Source of the DNA: an uncultured Sphingomonadaceae bacterium
GTDB lineage: Bacteria; Pseudomonadota; Alphaproteobacteria; Sphingomonadales; Sphingomonadaceae
Assembly (NCBI GenBank): GCA_964645635.1
Contig: CAZYAL010000005.1
Location: 597-64,596, forward strand
Reading direction: 5' to 3'
DNA length: 64,000 nucleotides
The translations under genes and the position numbers were made by a program. Below the pieces are notes generated by a model. It was not told the origin of the DNA and ran no database searches. It saw only the letters and a program-made list of their open reading frames with translations. Of the stretch, positions 10,111-19,746 are shown one piece after another. Numbering within the stretch: position 1 is the stretch's first letter; the number at the start of each line of letters is the position of its first letter.

Positions 10111-11907
10111 ATGATCGAGGTTCCGTCATATCACGCCATGGCGGCCATGCTGCTGACGGTGATGGTGTTTGTGGCTTTTGTCCGCGGACGCATGTCGACG
10201 GAGATCGTCTCGCTGCTGACCATCGCAATTATCGCGGTGGGGCTCTATTTCTATCCCTTGCCGCATACTACGCGAACCGACGGGCTGGCGCTCGCTTTCG
10301 GGGGCTTCGGGCATTACGCGCTCATCACCATTTGCGCGCTAATGATCATGGGGCGCGGTCTCGTTGTTACCGGGGCATTGGAGCCTGCAGCAAGGGTCCT
10401 CGAACGCATCTATCGTTTCAACCTGCAAGTCGGCTTGCTGGTCTCGTTGGTGCTGGCGATGCTGCTATCGATGATCGTCAATGACACGCCGGTGCTTGTT
10501 TTGTTGCTGCCGATCTTCGTGGCTCTGGCACAGCGTGGGGCGATGCCCGCTTCTCGGACGCTGATCCCGCTCAACGCTGCGGTGTTGATCGGCGGCATGG
10601 CGACGACCATTGGCACCTCTACCAACTTGCTGGTGGTTTCGATCGCCAGCGATCTTGGTATGCCGCAGATGTCGGTGTTCCATTATACACCGCTGGTGCT
10701 TATCGCTGCGCTGGTTGCACTGCCATACCTGTGGCTAGTCATGCCGCGTCTGTTGCCTGACAACAGTCCGGATCAGGTCATGGCTGTCCGCCGCTTCTAT
10801 ACCCGCATGCGGATACCGCCTGACAGTGAACTTGTCGGAAAGCACTTTGACCAGGTGATGGAAAACCTGCCCAAGGATTTCAGGTTCGAGGAACGCCCCG
10901 ACGGAGTTTTCGAGGCGGGCCAGCGCTTGCTGATTTCGGGCACGCACGATGCGCTGGAGGATGCCAATCGTATCCTCAAAGGGCAGGTTGCGCCGGGCTG
11001 GGTAATGGACCGGATCCGTCGCCATTCAGACAATTTCCGCGAGGACATCCAGGTCGTGGAAATGGTGGTGACTGCGGATTCGCGTATCCTCAACCGGACG
11101 CTTGCGACTTCAGGTATCGCAGACAATTACAGCGTCGCTGTACTCGGTATCCACCGGCCGGAACGGCTGATCAGCAACCAGCCGATAGATCATACTGACG
11201 AGATACGCCTTGCTGAAGGCGATGTGCTGCTGGTTATGGGGCTGCCTGACGGGCTGCGGGAATTCGCATCGGGCGACAGCTTGCTTCAACTGGAGGGAGC
11301 TAAGGATATGCCGCGCCGGTCCAAGGCACTTCTTGCGGCTGCGATCATGTTCGGTTCGGTATTCACTGCCTCTGTCGGCTTGTTCCCCATCGCGATCGCG
11401 GCGCTTGGCGGCGCTATCCTGATGTTCCTGACGGGCTGCGTGAAGTTTGACCGGGTGGGCAGGGCGCTATCCGCCAAGGTTATCGTGCTGGTGGCGGCCA
11501 GCATCGCGATTGGCCGCATCATCCTCGATAGCGGCGCAGCCGAATGGCTCGGCGAATTGATGTCACTTGGCTTGCAGTTCCTGCCGCCAGCAGGCGTCCT
11601 CGCGGCCATCATGTTGTTCGTTACGGTGCTGACCAATTTTGCGTCGAACGCCACCGCAGCCACGGTGGGTACGCCGATTGCATTCAACATCGCATCCGCG
11701 CTTGGCGTTCCCGAAGAGCCGCTGATCCTTGCTGTGCTGTTCGGTTGCAACCTGTGCTATGCCACACCCATCGCATATCAGACCAACATGCTAATCATGG
11801 CAGAAGGAAATTACCGTTTTGCCGATTACCTGCGCACTGGCGTCCCGCTGGTTTTGCTGATGGTCACCACATTGAGTATCCTTCTGGTCGTCTCCTACGG
11901 TATGTAG
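10111..11907 (+). CDS. SLC13/DASS-family permease with central TrkA-C-like domains
   Basis: 598 aa. Hydrophobic N- and C-terminal halves flank a soluble about 200-aa insert. Layout is typical of anion permeases of this family. Confidence 0.75.
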   Translation: MIEVPSYHAMAAMLLTVMVFVAFVRGRMSTEIVSLLTIAIIAVGLYFYPLPHTTRTDGLALAFGGFGHYALITICALMIMGRGLVVTGALEPAARVLERIYRFNLQVGLLVSLVLAMLLSMIVNDTPVLVLLLPIFVALAQRGAMPASRTLIPLNAAVLIGGMATTIGTSTNLLVVSIASDLGMPQMSVFHYTPLVLIAALVALPYLWLVMPRLLPDNSPDQVMAVRRFYTRMRIPPDSELVGKHFDQVMENLPKDFRFEERPDGVFEAGQRLLISGTHDALEDANRILKGQVAPGWVMDRIRRHSDNFREDIQVVEMVVTADSRILNRTLATSGIADNYSVAVLGIHRPERLISNQPIDHTDEIRLAEGDVLLVMGLPDGLREFASGDSLLQLEGAKDMPRRSKALLAAAIMFGSVFTASVGLFPIAIAALGGAILMFLTGCVKFDRVGRALSAKVIVLVAASIAIGRIILDSGAAEWLGELMSLGLQFLPPAGVLAAIMLFVTVLTNFASNATAATVGTPIAFNIASALGVPEEPLILAVLFGCNLCYATPIAYQTNMLIMAEGNYRFADYLRTGVPLVLLMVTTLSILLVVSYGM

Positions 11908-11937
11908 GCTGGACAGCCTGACTTTCTGGTTATGAGC

Positions 11938-12318
11938 TCAATTGTAGCGATGGCCGCTCCGGCGCTTTGAAGCCGCTTCCATAACTGCGATGGCCTGGGT
12001 GCGCTCGCTTTCGTTCTCGATTACGTCCTCGCGGATGGCTTCGAGCAAACGATCAAGTTCCTCCTCGCTCAGCTTTCCAAGGTAGGACGCTGTGAAGCCG
12101 GCATTTTCAGACCGACGCGCAGGCGCGATAACGGAAGTGAAGCGGCCGCCCTGGGGGCCACTTGGGCGACCGTAGGGCGGATCGTATTCCTGGCTGCCGA
12201 AGCCGCCGCCGCCGCCTGCGCCGTCACGCCAGCTGATTTGGGCTCGGCCATATGCAGGTCCGGTGTCGTTTGCCTCGCTGCCTTCGTCGTCTTGCTTGGC
12301 CGCGAATGCGCTTTCCAT
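11938..12318 (-). CDS. hypothetical protein (Gly-rich linker plus acidic helical C-terminus); possibly the 3' part of an interrupted gene
   Basis: 126-aa ORF with coding-like codon usage. Same frame as the 12376-12474 ORF, separated by one TAA. Confidence 0.45.
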   Translation of the reverse strand: MESAFAAKQDDEGSEANDTGPAYGRAQISWRDGAGGGGGFGSQEYDPPYGRPSGPQGGRFTSVIAPARRSENAGFTASYLGKLSEEELDRLLEAIREDVIENESERTQAIAVMEAASKRRSGHRYN

Positions 12319-12375
12319 GGTCGCGCCTTGGGTCCCGCCAGCCTGCTGTTCCTGGTAGAGCTGCTTGTTCAGACC

Positions 12376-12474
12376 TTACGCAAAAAGTGCCAGCACAACG
12401 GTCAATGCCACGGTAACTACCGCGAAGTGGCGGTACATCTTGGCCGGTACAGGGAGGTATTGCATCTTTGCCAT
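12376..12474 (-). other. 32-codon ORF encoding one TM helix, in frame with 11938-12318 across a single TAA
   Basis: MAKMQYLPVPAKMYRHFAVVTVALTVVLALFA then TAA (12376-12378). The next 19 codons are open and lead into the ATG at 12318. Confidence 0.3.
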
Positions 12475-12874
12475 GAGCTCGCGCAGAACCCGCAGGAACC
12501 TGCGGCGGCGGTTTTGCTCGGGCGGATGCAGCGCGATGCGGGCAACCCGGCATGGGCGGCCGCCCTGTTGCGCTATGCCGGAAGCAATGGCGCAGGCAAG
12601 GCAGACCCGGTGTTGCATGCCGAGCTGGCGGAACTGGAATCTTTCATCGGCTTGCCCAGAGAGGCACAGGCCAGCGTTCGCCTTGCACATGGCTTGCAGC
12701 GCAGTAACCGGCGTGTCGCCAGTATCTTTGCTCGCGTGATTGATATTGCGGCCGCAACAACGAGGCCGCGCAAGCGCTGGCGGCAAAGGCGAGCGGCAGC
12801 GGGACCAGCCAACTGGCTATGCGCTGATCGGGCAAAGCTGGACAGCGGGCGCGGCAATCGGCACTGGGCAGCTT

Positions 12875-13843
12875 ATGGCCCTATCGCGCATCATGCTCGC
12901 CTTTGACCCGCTTGTGCGTTTGCTGCTGGTCGCGATCGTGCTTGCATCCTTCCTGCCTGTGACGGGGGAGGGGCGTGTAATCGCCCGTACGGTTTCCGAT
13001 GGCGGCATCTTCCTGCTGTTCCTTCTCAACGGTTTGCGTCTTCCAAGGGCAGATGTGTTCGCCGGCATGCGCAATTGGCGTTTCCTGCTGCCGCTGGCGC
13101 TCTGGTGTTTTATTGGCATGGGGGCGGCGGGCTGGCTGTTGTGGCGTGTTGCCGGGCAATTCCTTCCAGAACACATCGCGCTGGGGCTGTTGTTTCTCGG
13201 TATCCTGCCCTCGACGGTGCAATCGGCAACTGCCTATTCCTCGCTCGCAGGCGGCAATGTCGCGGCATCGGTCGTGGCGGCGGCGGTTATCAATGTTACA
13301 GGCGTGTTCGTCACCGCGCCGCTGCTCGCCTTGCTGGCCGGCACGGCTGCAGTGGAACTGGAAATGGGCGGTCTCCAACGGATCGCTACCATACTGCTCC
13401 TGCCCTTCCTGTTTGGGCAGATACTTCAAACCTGGATGGGTGACTGGGTTCGGGAGAAGCGCAGCCTGATTGGCTGGGCAGACAAGCTGTGCATCGCAAC
13501 GGCGGTTTATGTCGCCTTTTCAGGTGCTGTCGAGCAAGGTCTTTGGGCTTTTGTCGGGCCTGACTTGTGGGCAGTGCTGCTGGGGCTTGTTGCCTTGTTC
13601 CTACTCGTCGGATTTGGCGGCAGCTGGATGCTGGCGGGGGCTATCGGGCTGGGCCGGGAAGAGCGGATTTCCTTCCTTTTCGCCGGCGCGCAAAAAAGTA
13701 TCGCGATTGGCGCGCCACTGGCAGCGGTCCTGTTTTCGCCAGCTATCGCCGGCCTGTTGCTGTTACCGGTGCTCGTCTACCACCTGCTGCAACTGGTGCT
13801 GTCAGCACCGATTGCCCGCAAGCTCAACCGGCTGCCGGCGTAG
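12875..13843 (+). CDS. bile acid:sodium symporter family protein (YfeH-like)
   Basis: Resembles E. coli YfeH (DP..., LPSTVQSATAYSSLAGGNVAA, LLLPFLFGQIL). ATG 12875 preferred over track start 12740. Confidence 0.8.
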   Translation: MALSRIMLAFDPLVRLLLVAIVLASFLPVTGEGRVIARTVSDGGIFLLFLLNGLRLPRADVFAGMRNWRFLLPLALWCFIGMGAAGWLLWRVAGQFLPEHIALGLLFLGILPSTVQSATAYSSLAGGNVAASVVAAAVINVTGVFVTAPLLALLAGTAAVELEMGGLQRIATILLLPFLFGQILQTWMGDWVREKRSLIGWADKLCIATAVYVAFSGAVEQGLWAFVGPDLWAVLLGLVALFLLVGFGGSWMLAGAIGLGREERISFLFAGAQKSIAIGAPLAAVLFSPAIAGLLLLPVLVYHLLQLVLSAPIARKLNRLPA

Positions 13844-14888
13844 TCTCGTCCTTCCCGCCATGCTTGTTTTTGTGGCGGATCGACCACCACAGCGACAGGC
13901 CGATCAAGGCAGCACCGATCAGGCCGGTGATGGTTTCCGGGATATGGAATTTGGCGGAAAACAGCATGATGCCGCCGAGCGCGATAATTGCCCAGAAGGC
14001 CCCGTGTTCGAGGAACTCGTACTGCGCAAGCGTACCCTTTTTTACGAGGTGGATGGTCATCGAACGCACGAAGAAGGCGCCGATAGACAAGCCTAGTGCG
14101 ATCACGATCATGTTGTTCGACAAGGCGAAGGCACCGATCACGCCATCGAAGCTGAAGCTTGCATCGAGCACGTTCAAATAGAGAAAACCGCCAAGGCCCG
14201 AGCGAACGGTCGCGCCGGACAGGCGGCGTATCTCGTCATGATATTCGAGCCATTTGCTCACGCCTTCCACGGCAATGAAGGTGACGATGCCGAGCATGCC
14301 TGCGATGAGGAAGGTCAGCGCTTCGGCGTCTGACAGCATCAGCGAGATGAAGAACATCGTCAGCAGCAGGATGCCGACCTCGATGGCGGGCACGCGGGCA
14401 AAACCGGAAAGCCATTCTTCAAGTGTGCGGATCCAGTGCACTTCTTTGTCCATGTCAAAGAAGAAGCGCGAGCCGACCAGCGCGAGGAAAGCGCCGCCGA
14501 AACCGGCAATGCCGATGTGGGCGGAACTGACGATCCGCTCGTATTCCTCGGGATTGTTGAGCGAGAGGCTCACCGCCTCGATGGGGCCGATCTGCGCAGC
14601 GATGGCAACAATCGCCAGTGGGAAGACTACACGCATGCCGAACACGGCAAAGGCGATGCCCCAGGTGAGGAAGCGCCGTTGCCAGATGTCGTCCATTTCC
14701 TTCAAGACCGAGGCGTTCACCACCGCGTTGTCAAAGCTGAGCGATATTTCCAGCACTGACAGGACAAGGATGATCCACAAGAGGCTGGCAGTACCGGCAA
14801 TTGTGCCGGTGCTCGCCCAGCCGTACCAAGCGCCCAGGGCAAGGCAGACGGCAGTGAAGATCAGCGAACCGCGATAGAACTGGATCAA
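13824..14888 (-). CDS. DUF475 / TerC-like integral membrane protein
   Basis: 354 aa, TTG start. LEISLSFDNAVVNASVLKEM and FLTWGIAFAVFGMRVVFP blocks typical of DUF475. Confidence 0.75.
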   Translation of the reverse strand: MIQFYRGSLIFTAVCLALGAWYGWASTGTIAGTASLLWIILVLSVLEISLSFDNAVVNASVLKEMDDIWQRRFLTWGIAFAVFGMRVVFPLAIVAIAAQIGPIEAVSLSLNNPEEYERIVSSAHIGIAGFGGAFLALVGSRFFFDMDKEVHWIRTLEEWLSGFARVPAIEVGILLLTMFFISLMLSDAEALTFLIAGMLGIVTFIAVEGVSKWLEYHDEIRRLSGATVRSGLGGFLYLNVLDASFSFDGVIGAFALSNNMIVIALGLSIGAFFVRSMTIHLVKKGTLAQYEFLEHGAFWAIIALGGIMLFSAKFHIPETITGLIGAALIGLSLWWSIRHKNKHGGKDETTPAAG

Positions 14889-14945
14889 GGTAAATTCCGT
14901 TAGTCTGTAGTCACTTGTGCGGTGACCTTGAGATTATTTGAGTGA

Positions 14946-15815
14946 TTACTTGGGTTGGTAGAGCTGCTCGTCACTCGGGAAGGTACGCGCGCGAACCTCG
15001 GTTGCGTAGGTTTCCGCAGCCTTGGCTATGTTCTCTGCTAGATTGTCGTAACGCTTCACGAAACGCGGCACGCGCTCGAACATGCCGAGCATGTCGTCAA
15101 TTACCAGCACCTGGCCGTCACACTGGGCCGATGCACCGATGCCGATGGTGGGGCAGTCGACCGCATTGGTCGCAGCGATGGCAATGGGTTCGAGCACGCC
15201 TTCGACTACAATGGCAAAGGCGCCCGCAACACACAGGGCCTTGGCATCACCCACGATCTTGTCCGCTTCGGCATCACTGCGCCCTCGCGCCTTGTAACCG
15301 CCAAGCAGGTTCACGGCTTGTGGGGTAAGGCCGACGTGGCCAACCACCGGAATTCCGCGCTTTACGAGGAATTCGACCGTTTCGGCCATCACTTCGCCAC
15401 CTTCCAGCTTCACAGCGGCGGCATTGCTCTGCTTGAGCAGGTAACTGGCGCTTTCGAAGGCTTGCTGCGGCGAAGCCTCGTAGGAGCCGAAAGGCATGTC
15501 GACTACCACCACCGAGTGATAGGACCCGCGCACCACGGCAGCAGCATGGTTCGCCATCATCTCCAGCGTTACAGGGATGGTGGAGGGCAGGCCGTAGATC
15601 ACCTGGCCTAGCGAATCCCCCACGAGCAACATGTCGCAGTGCGCATCGAGCAGCTGGGCTTGCCGTGAAGTGTAGGCAGTCAGCATCACGATGGGCTCTG
15701 CTGTCACGCCATCCTGCTTGCGATCACGGATAGCGGGCACTGTTAGACGCCGCATCGGCGCGGGCGTGGGATTGGCACGAGAGGTGGATGTGTCAAGGTT
15801 GAAGGTCGTGGACAT
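14946..15815 (-). CDS. panB: 3-methyl-2-oxobutanoate hydroxymethyltransferase
   Basis: Blocks MLTAYT, LLVGDSLG, VVVDMPFGSY and KLEGG. Confidence 0.95.
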   Translation of the reverse strand: MSTTFNLDTSTSRANPTPAPMRRLTVPAIRDRKQDGVTAEPIVMLTAYTSRQAQLLDAHCDMLLVGDSLGQVIYGLPSTIPVTLEMMANHAAAVVRGSYHSVVVVDMPFGSYEASPQQAFESASYLLKQSNAAAVKLEGGEVMAETVEFLVKRGIPVVGHVGLTPQAVNLLGGYKARGRSDAEADKIVGDAKALCVAGAFAIVVEGVLEPIAIAATNAVDCPTIGIGASAQCDGQVLVIDDMLGMFERVPRFVKRYDNLAENIAKAAETYATEVRARTFPSDEQLYQPK

Positions 15816-15909
15816 ATGCGCCTTCTAGCAGAGCTTGCCCTCGACGCGAGGGGCTTTTCCATGCATCACATGCGCTTTCGGTGCGCGTGCGGGACGGGAG
15901 CAGCAATCC

Positions 15910-17328
15910 ATGGCACTATCGGGTTCGAGCACTGGCGGAGATGGTTGGTCGTCGCGCACAGCGTTTGTGCTGGCGGCGATCGGCTCAGCAGTGGGGCTGG
16001 GCAACCTTGTGCGCTTTCCAGCGGAGGCTGGTGCCAACGGCGGCGGCGCGTTCGTCCTGTTCTACATCTTCTGCGTTATTCTGATCGGCTTGCCGGTGCT
16101 GCTCGCCGAAACGCTTATTGGTCGCCATGGCCAGTCCTCCGCACCGGAGAGCTTTCGCAAGGTGGCCGAGCAATCGGGCGCATCCCCCAAATGGGAATGG
16201 GTCGCGGGCCTTGGTGTGCTCGCGGCGTTCCTCGTGCTCGGGTTCTACTGCGTTATCGGAGGCTGGGTGCTCGATTACATCTGGTTGTTCTTGCATGACC
16301 TGTTCTCCACGGGCGTGACCGGCACGGCGTTTCAGGGAGTTCCGGCCGAAGAGGTGGCGGGCTTCTTCCCTGCCATGATCGGCAATGGCTCGCTGACGGT
16401 GATCTGCGATATCCTGTTCCTTCTGGTGACCTTCGCTTTCGTGGTGCGCGGTGTCTCGGGTGGGATCGAGAAGGCAGCGGTGTGGTTGATGCCGACCTTT
16501 TTTGCCCTGCTTGTCGGGATTACGATTTATGGCGCAATCAGTGGGGCTTTCGACGAGGCGTTGGCATATCTATTCACCTTCGAAGCGGAGAAGCTGACTG
16601 GCCCGGTAATGCTGGCAGCGGTAGGCCAGGCGTTCTTCTCCCTGTCACTGGGTGTGGCCGGCATGGTCACTTACGGCGCTTATGTCGGGCGCAATGTGAA
16701 CCTTGCGGGCACTTCTGCCATGATCGGCGCGGCTGACACGTCGGTGGCCCTGATCGCAGGCATCTGCATCTTCCCAATCGTGTTTGCTGCGGGCCTTGAG
16801 CCCAATGGCGGACTGGGGCTGATGTTCCAGACCTTGCCGCACGCCTTTCAGGAAATGCCGGGCGGATCGCTGATCGGGCTCGCCTTCTTTGTGATGGTCG
16901 GCTTCGCCGCGCTCACTAGCTCGATTGCCCTGATGGAGGTGCCTACGGCCTGGCTGATCGACAAGTTCAAGCTGGCGCGTGCGCCCGCCGCTGTCCTGGT
17001 GCTGGTGGGGGGCGGGGTGCTGGGCGCACTTTCCGCCCTTTCGACTGGTCCGATGAGTGATTTTCACCCGCTCGGCTTTATTCCGATGTTCGAAGGCATG
17101 GGCGTGCTCGATACGCTGGATACCCTTACCGGCAAGCTGCTGATGCCGATCGGCGCGATCCTGACGGCTGTCTTCATTGGCTGGATTGCGGACCAGCGCC
17201 TTGTCGATAGCGAGAACGGGCTGCCAGAGAGCCTGCACCGGTTCTTCCTGTTCCTTGTTCGCTTTGCCTGTCCGCTGGTGCTGATCGCGATTCTGGTGGT
17301 GGGCATTTTCCCTGATCTGCTGGGCTGA
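15910..17328 (+). CDS. sodium-dependent transporter, NSS/SNF family
   Basis: W..R..F.LAAIGSAVGLGNLVRFP signature. ATG 15910. Confidence 0.85.
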   Translation: MALSGSSTGGDGWSSRTAFVLAAIGSAVGLGNLVRFPAEAGANGGGAFVLFYIFCVILIGLPVLLAETLIGRHGQSSAPESFRKVAEQSGASPKWEWVAGLGVLAAFLVLGFYCVIGGWVLDYIWLFLHDLFSTGVTGTAFQGVPAEEVAGFFPAMIGNGSLTVICDILFLLVTFAFVVRGVSGGIEKAAVWLMPTFFALLVGITIYGAISGAFDEALAYLFTFEAEKLTGPVMLAAVGQAFFSLSLGVAGMVTYGAYVGRNVNLAGTSAMIGAADTSVALIAGICIFPIVFAAGLEPNGGLGLMFQTLPHAFQEMPGGSLIGLAFFVMVGFAALTSSIALMEVPTAWLIDKFKLARAPAAVLVLVGGGVLGALSALSTGPMSDFHPLGFIPMFEGMGVLDTLDTLTGKLLMPIGAILTAVFIGWIADQRLVDSENGLPESLHRFFLFLVRFACPLVLIAILVVGIFPDLLG

Positions 17329-17361
17329 AACGGCAGGGGCATTGCCAAGCTTGCTTGAGGG

Positions 17362-17376
17362 GAACATAAGAGGAAC
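17362..17376 (+). promoter_or_regulatory. alphaproteobacterial LexA (SOS) box
   Basis: GAACATAAGAGGAAC is an exact GAAC-N7-GAAC direct repeat, 15 nt upstream of the imuA ATG. Confidence 0.7.
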
Positions 17377-17391
17377 ATTGGAGTTGATTCG

Positions 17392-18171
17392 ATGGACCTG
17401 TCCGTTTTTCCAAAGGCTGCCCAGCTTGCCTCGCTGGGGCAGCAGACACCGCGCTGGCAGCCAGGCTTTTCCCGGGCGAAGGCGTGTGACCGGCATAATG
17501 AGGTATTCGCTTCGGCAGACGAGGCGACCGGCGCGGCCTGCGCTCTCGCGCTGGCGCTGGATGGGATGCGCAACACCGCGGCTGAAAAGCTGGAAGAAAA
17601 GAGCGTGCTGTGGGTGCAGGATGCCGGTTCCCGCCGTAAGACCGGGGTTCCCTATCGCCCTGGCTTGCCGCGCGAACTGCGCCACCGGGTGATCCATGTC
17701 GCCGCGCAACGGGTCGAGGATGCGCTGTTTGCGCTGGAAGAAGGGATGCGCTGCCAGGACCTTGCCTGCGTGATCGGCGAGGTGGCAGGCAACCCGCAAA
17801 CGCTGCACCTTACCGCCTCGCGTCGCCTCAGCCTGGCAGCGGAGAAATACGGCGTACCCTTGTTTCTCATCCGCCATGATGCGCTGCGCGATACCAGCTC
17901 TGCCCGTATGCGCTGGCAGGTGCGCTCGGCGCCATCCCTGCAACCGCGCTGGAACACGGCGGCACCCGGCCAGCCGCGCTGGCATGCCGAACTGTTCCGT
18001 GCCCGTAACCATGCCCCCGGAGAATGGATCTTGCGCGATGACGGGTCGTTACTCGTCGCCGAGCGGCCGGGCGCCAGGACTGTCTCCGCCCAAGGCGAGG
18101 GGCAGGCCGCCACGCCGGATCATGGCGATCTGGCTGGTGCAGCTGGCGCTGGATCGCTGGCGGCACGCTGA
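17392..18171 (+). CDS. imuA: ImuA (RecA/SulA-like component of the SOS mutagenesis cassette)
   Basis: 259 aa. NEVF...D...A..A..ALAL..., VLWVQD and VIGEV blocks. Position directly upstream of imuB and behind a LexA box. Confidence 0.75.
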   Translation: MDLSVFPKAAQLASLGQQTPRWQPGFSRAKACDRHNEVFASADEATGAACALALALDGMRNTAAEKLEEKSVLWVQDAGSRRKTGVPYRPGLPRELRHRVIHVAAQRVEDALFALEEGMRCQDLACVIGEVAGNPQTLHLTASRRLSLAAEKYGVPLFLIRHDALRDTSSARMRWQVRSAPSLQPRWNTAAPGQPRWHAELFRARNHAPGEWILRDDGSLLVAERPGARTVSAQGEGQAATPDHGDLAGAAGAGSLAAR

Positions 18172-19657
18172 AGAATGCCAACGGGGCGAGGGCGCGGATA
18201 GCGCACCGCTCGCCCTGATTACCGAAACTGCACATGGCCCGCGCGTGGATGCTGCCAATGATGCCGGGCGCGAGGCTGGTGCACAAGCGGGCATGATGCT
18301 GGCGGATGCGCGCACCTTGTGTCCTCAGCTGAAAGTGGCGCCCAGTGACCCGGCGGGCGATCTTGCCTTCCTGGAAAGGCTGGCATTGTGGGCGCAGCGC
18401 TGGGGGCCGTGGTCTGCCATTGATGCGCCTGATGGTTTGCTGGTGGACGTGACCGCGGTGGCGCACCTGTTTGGCGGGGAAGAGAGGTTGCTGGAGGATT
18501 TGCACGCTCGCTTTGCCGCGCAAGGCCTCTGTGTTCGCGCGGCCATCGCTCCCACAGCAGGGGCTGCATGGGCCTTGTCTCGCTATGCTCCTGACGGCAG
18601 CATCCTTGCGCCTGATGACGATGGCGCCGCGCGTCTTGCGCCTCTGCCAGTTGCGGCATTGCGGTTGGATGGCGATGTGCTGCTGGTTCTGCGTCGCCTC
18701 GGCCTCAGGCAATTGGGGGACATGGAGCAATTGGGCCGCGATGCTGTGCAGCGCCGTTTCCGCAGTCGCCGCTCGCCTTCAGCCAACCCACTGGTGCGGA
18801 TGGACCAGCTGCTTGGCCGCGTGCCGGAGCCCTTGCTGCCCGTCATTGCGGTAGAGCCTGCGCTCGTCCAGCGCCGCCTGATGGAGCCAATCCGCCATCG
18901 CAGCCTGCTTGATCGGGTTCTGGAGGATTTGACAGATGATATGGCGCGCGAGCTTGAAGGGCGGGGCGAGGGCGCACGCAGGCTGGAGCTAGGCATGTGG
19001 CGCGTGGATGGCGAAGTGGTGGTGCGCCGCCTGGAAATGGCGGCCTCCACCCGCGATGCCGCGCATATCTGCCGCTTGTTTGCCGCCCGGCTTGACGATG
19101 TCGACGCAGGTTTCGGGATCGAGATGCTCCGCCTGCACGCCTCATGGTCCGAACCCTTGGCGCTGGCACAGGTCGAACTCGATGCAGCGGCAGAGGAGCA
19201 CGGCACCTCGCTTGCCGCCTGTATCGACAGGCTGACGGTGCGGCTGGGCGCGAAGGCCGTGCGCCGTCCAGTACCGCGTGCCAGCCATGTGCCGGAGCGG
19301 GCGCAAGGCTGGCAGCCCCCGCTGGAGCCAGAACAAACCTCGCAAAACTTGTTCGATTTCCATGACAGGCCTTTGAAAATACTAGAAAGGCCCGAACAGA
19401 TCGCGGTGCTCTATGCCAGCCCCGATGGCTATCCCCGCCGCTTCCGCTGGCGCGGTGATGTGCATGAGGTGGTGCGGGTGGAAGGGCCGGAACGCATCGC
19501 ACCAGAATGGTGGCGCGAGAAAGGCTCTTCCCGTTTGCGAGATTATTACCGCATCGAGGACGGGGCGGGGCGCCGCTACTGGATATATCGCGCGGGGCTA
19601 GCGGATGACGGGCGCGGCGGCATGCCGGACTGGTTCTTGCAAGGCATGTTCGGCTGA
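18122..19657 (+). CDS. imuB: ImuB (inactive Y-family polymerase-like protein)
   Basis: ATG 18122 gives MAIWLVQLALDRW, a typical ImuB N-terminus. C-terminus PEWWR...RDYYR.ED..G.RYWIYR. Overlaps the imuA end by 50 nt. Confidence 0.8.
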   Translation: MAIWLVQLALDRWRHAEECQRGEGADSAPLALITETAHGPRVDAANDAGREAGAQAGMMLADARTLCPQLKVAPSDPAGDLAFLERLALWAQRWGPWSAIDAPDGLLVDVTAVAHLFGGEERLLEDLHARFAAQGLCVRAAIAPTAGAAWALSRYAPDGSILAPDDDGAARLAPLPVAALRLDGDVLLVLRRLGLRQLGDMEQLGRDAVQRRFRSRRSPSANPLVRMDQLLGRVPEPLLPVIAVEPALVQRRLMEPIRHRSLLDRVLEDLTDDMARELEGRGEGARRLELGMWRVDGEVVVRRLEMAASTRDAAHICRLFAARLDDVDAGFGIEMLRLHASWSEPLALAQVELDAAAEEHGTSLAACIDRLTVRLGAKAVRRPVPRASHVPERAQGWQPPLEPEQTSQNLFDFHDRPLKILERPEQIAVLYASPDGYPRRFRWRGDVHEVVRVEGPERIAPEWWREKGSSRLRDYYRIEDGAGRRYWIYRAGLADDGRGGMPDWFLQGMFG

Positions 19658-19746
19658 GCTTTTGGGCTGTTTGCAGCGGGTGCGATGGAACATATGGAAC
19701 ACGGTCTTGTTCCAGAAAATACCTGACCTGCGAACCATCGGAAATA

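Noticed and set aside
14889-14945. Possible Mn2+ (yybP-ykoY) riboswitch upstream of the TerC-like DUF475 gene
   Set aside because: Only 57 nt separate it from the panB stop. That is too short for the four-helix riboswitch, and no conserved motif is seen.
16645-18012. 455-aa minus-strand ORF spanning the end of the NSS transporter gene and imuA
   Set aside because: It is antisense to two genes with clear family signatures. Its composition is Arg/Gly/Pro/His-rich with no motifs, the typical shadow ORF of GC-rich DNA.
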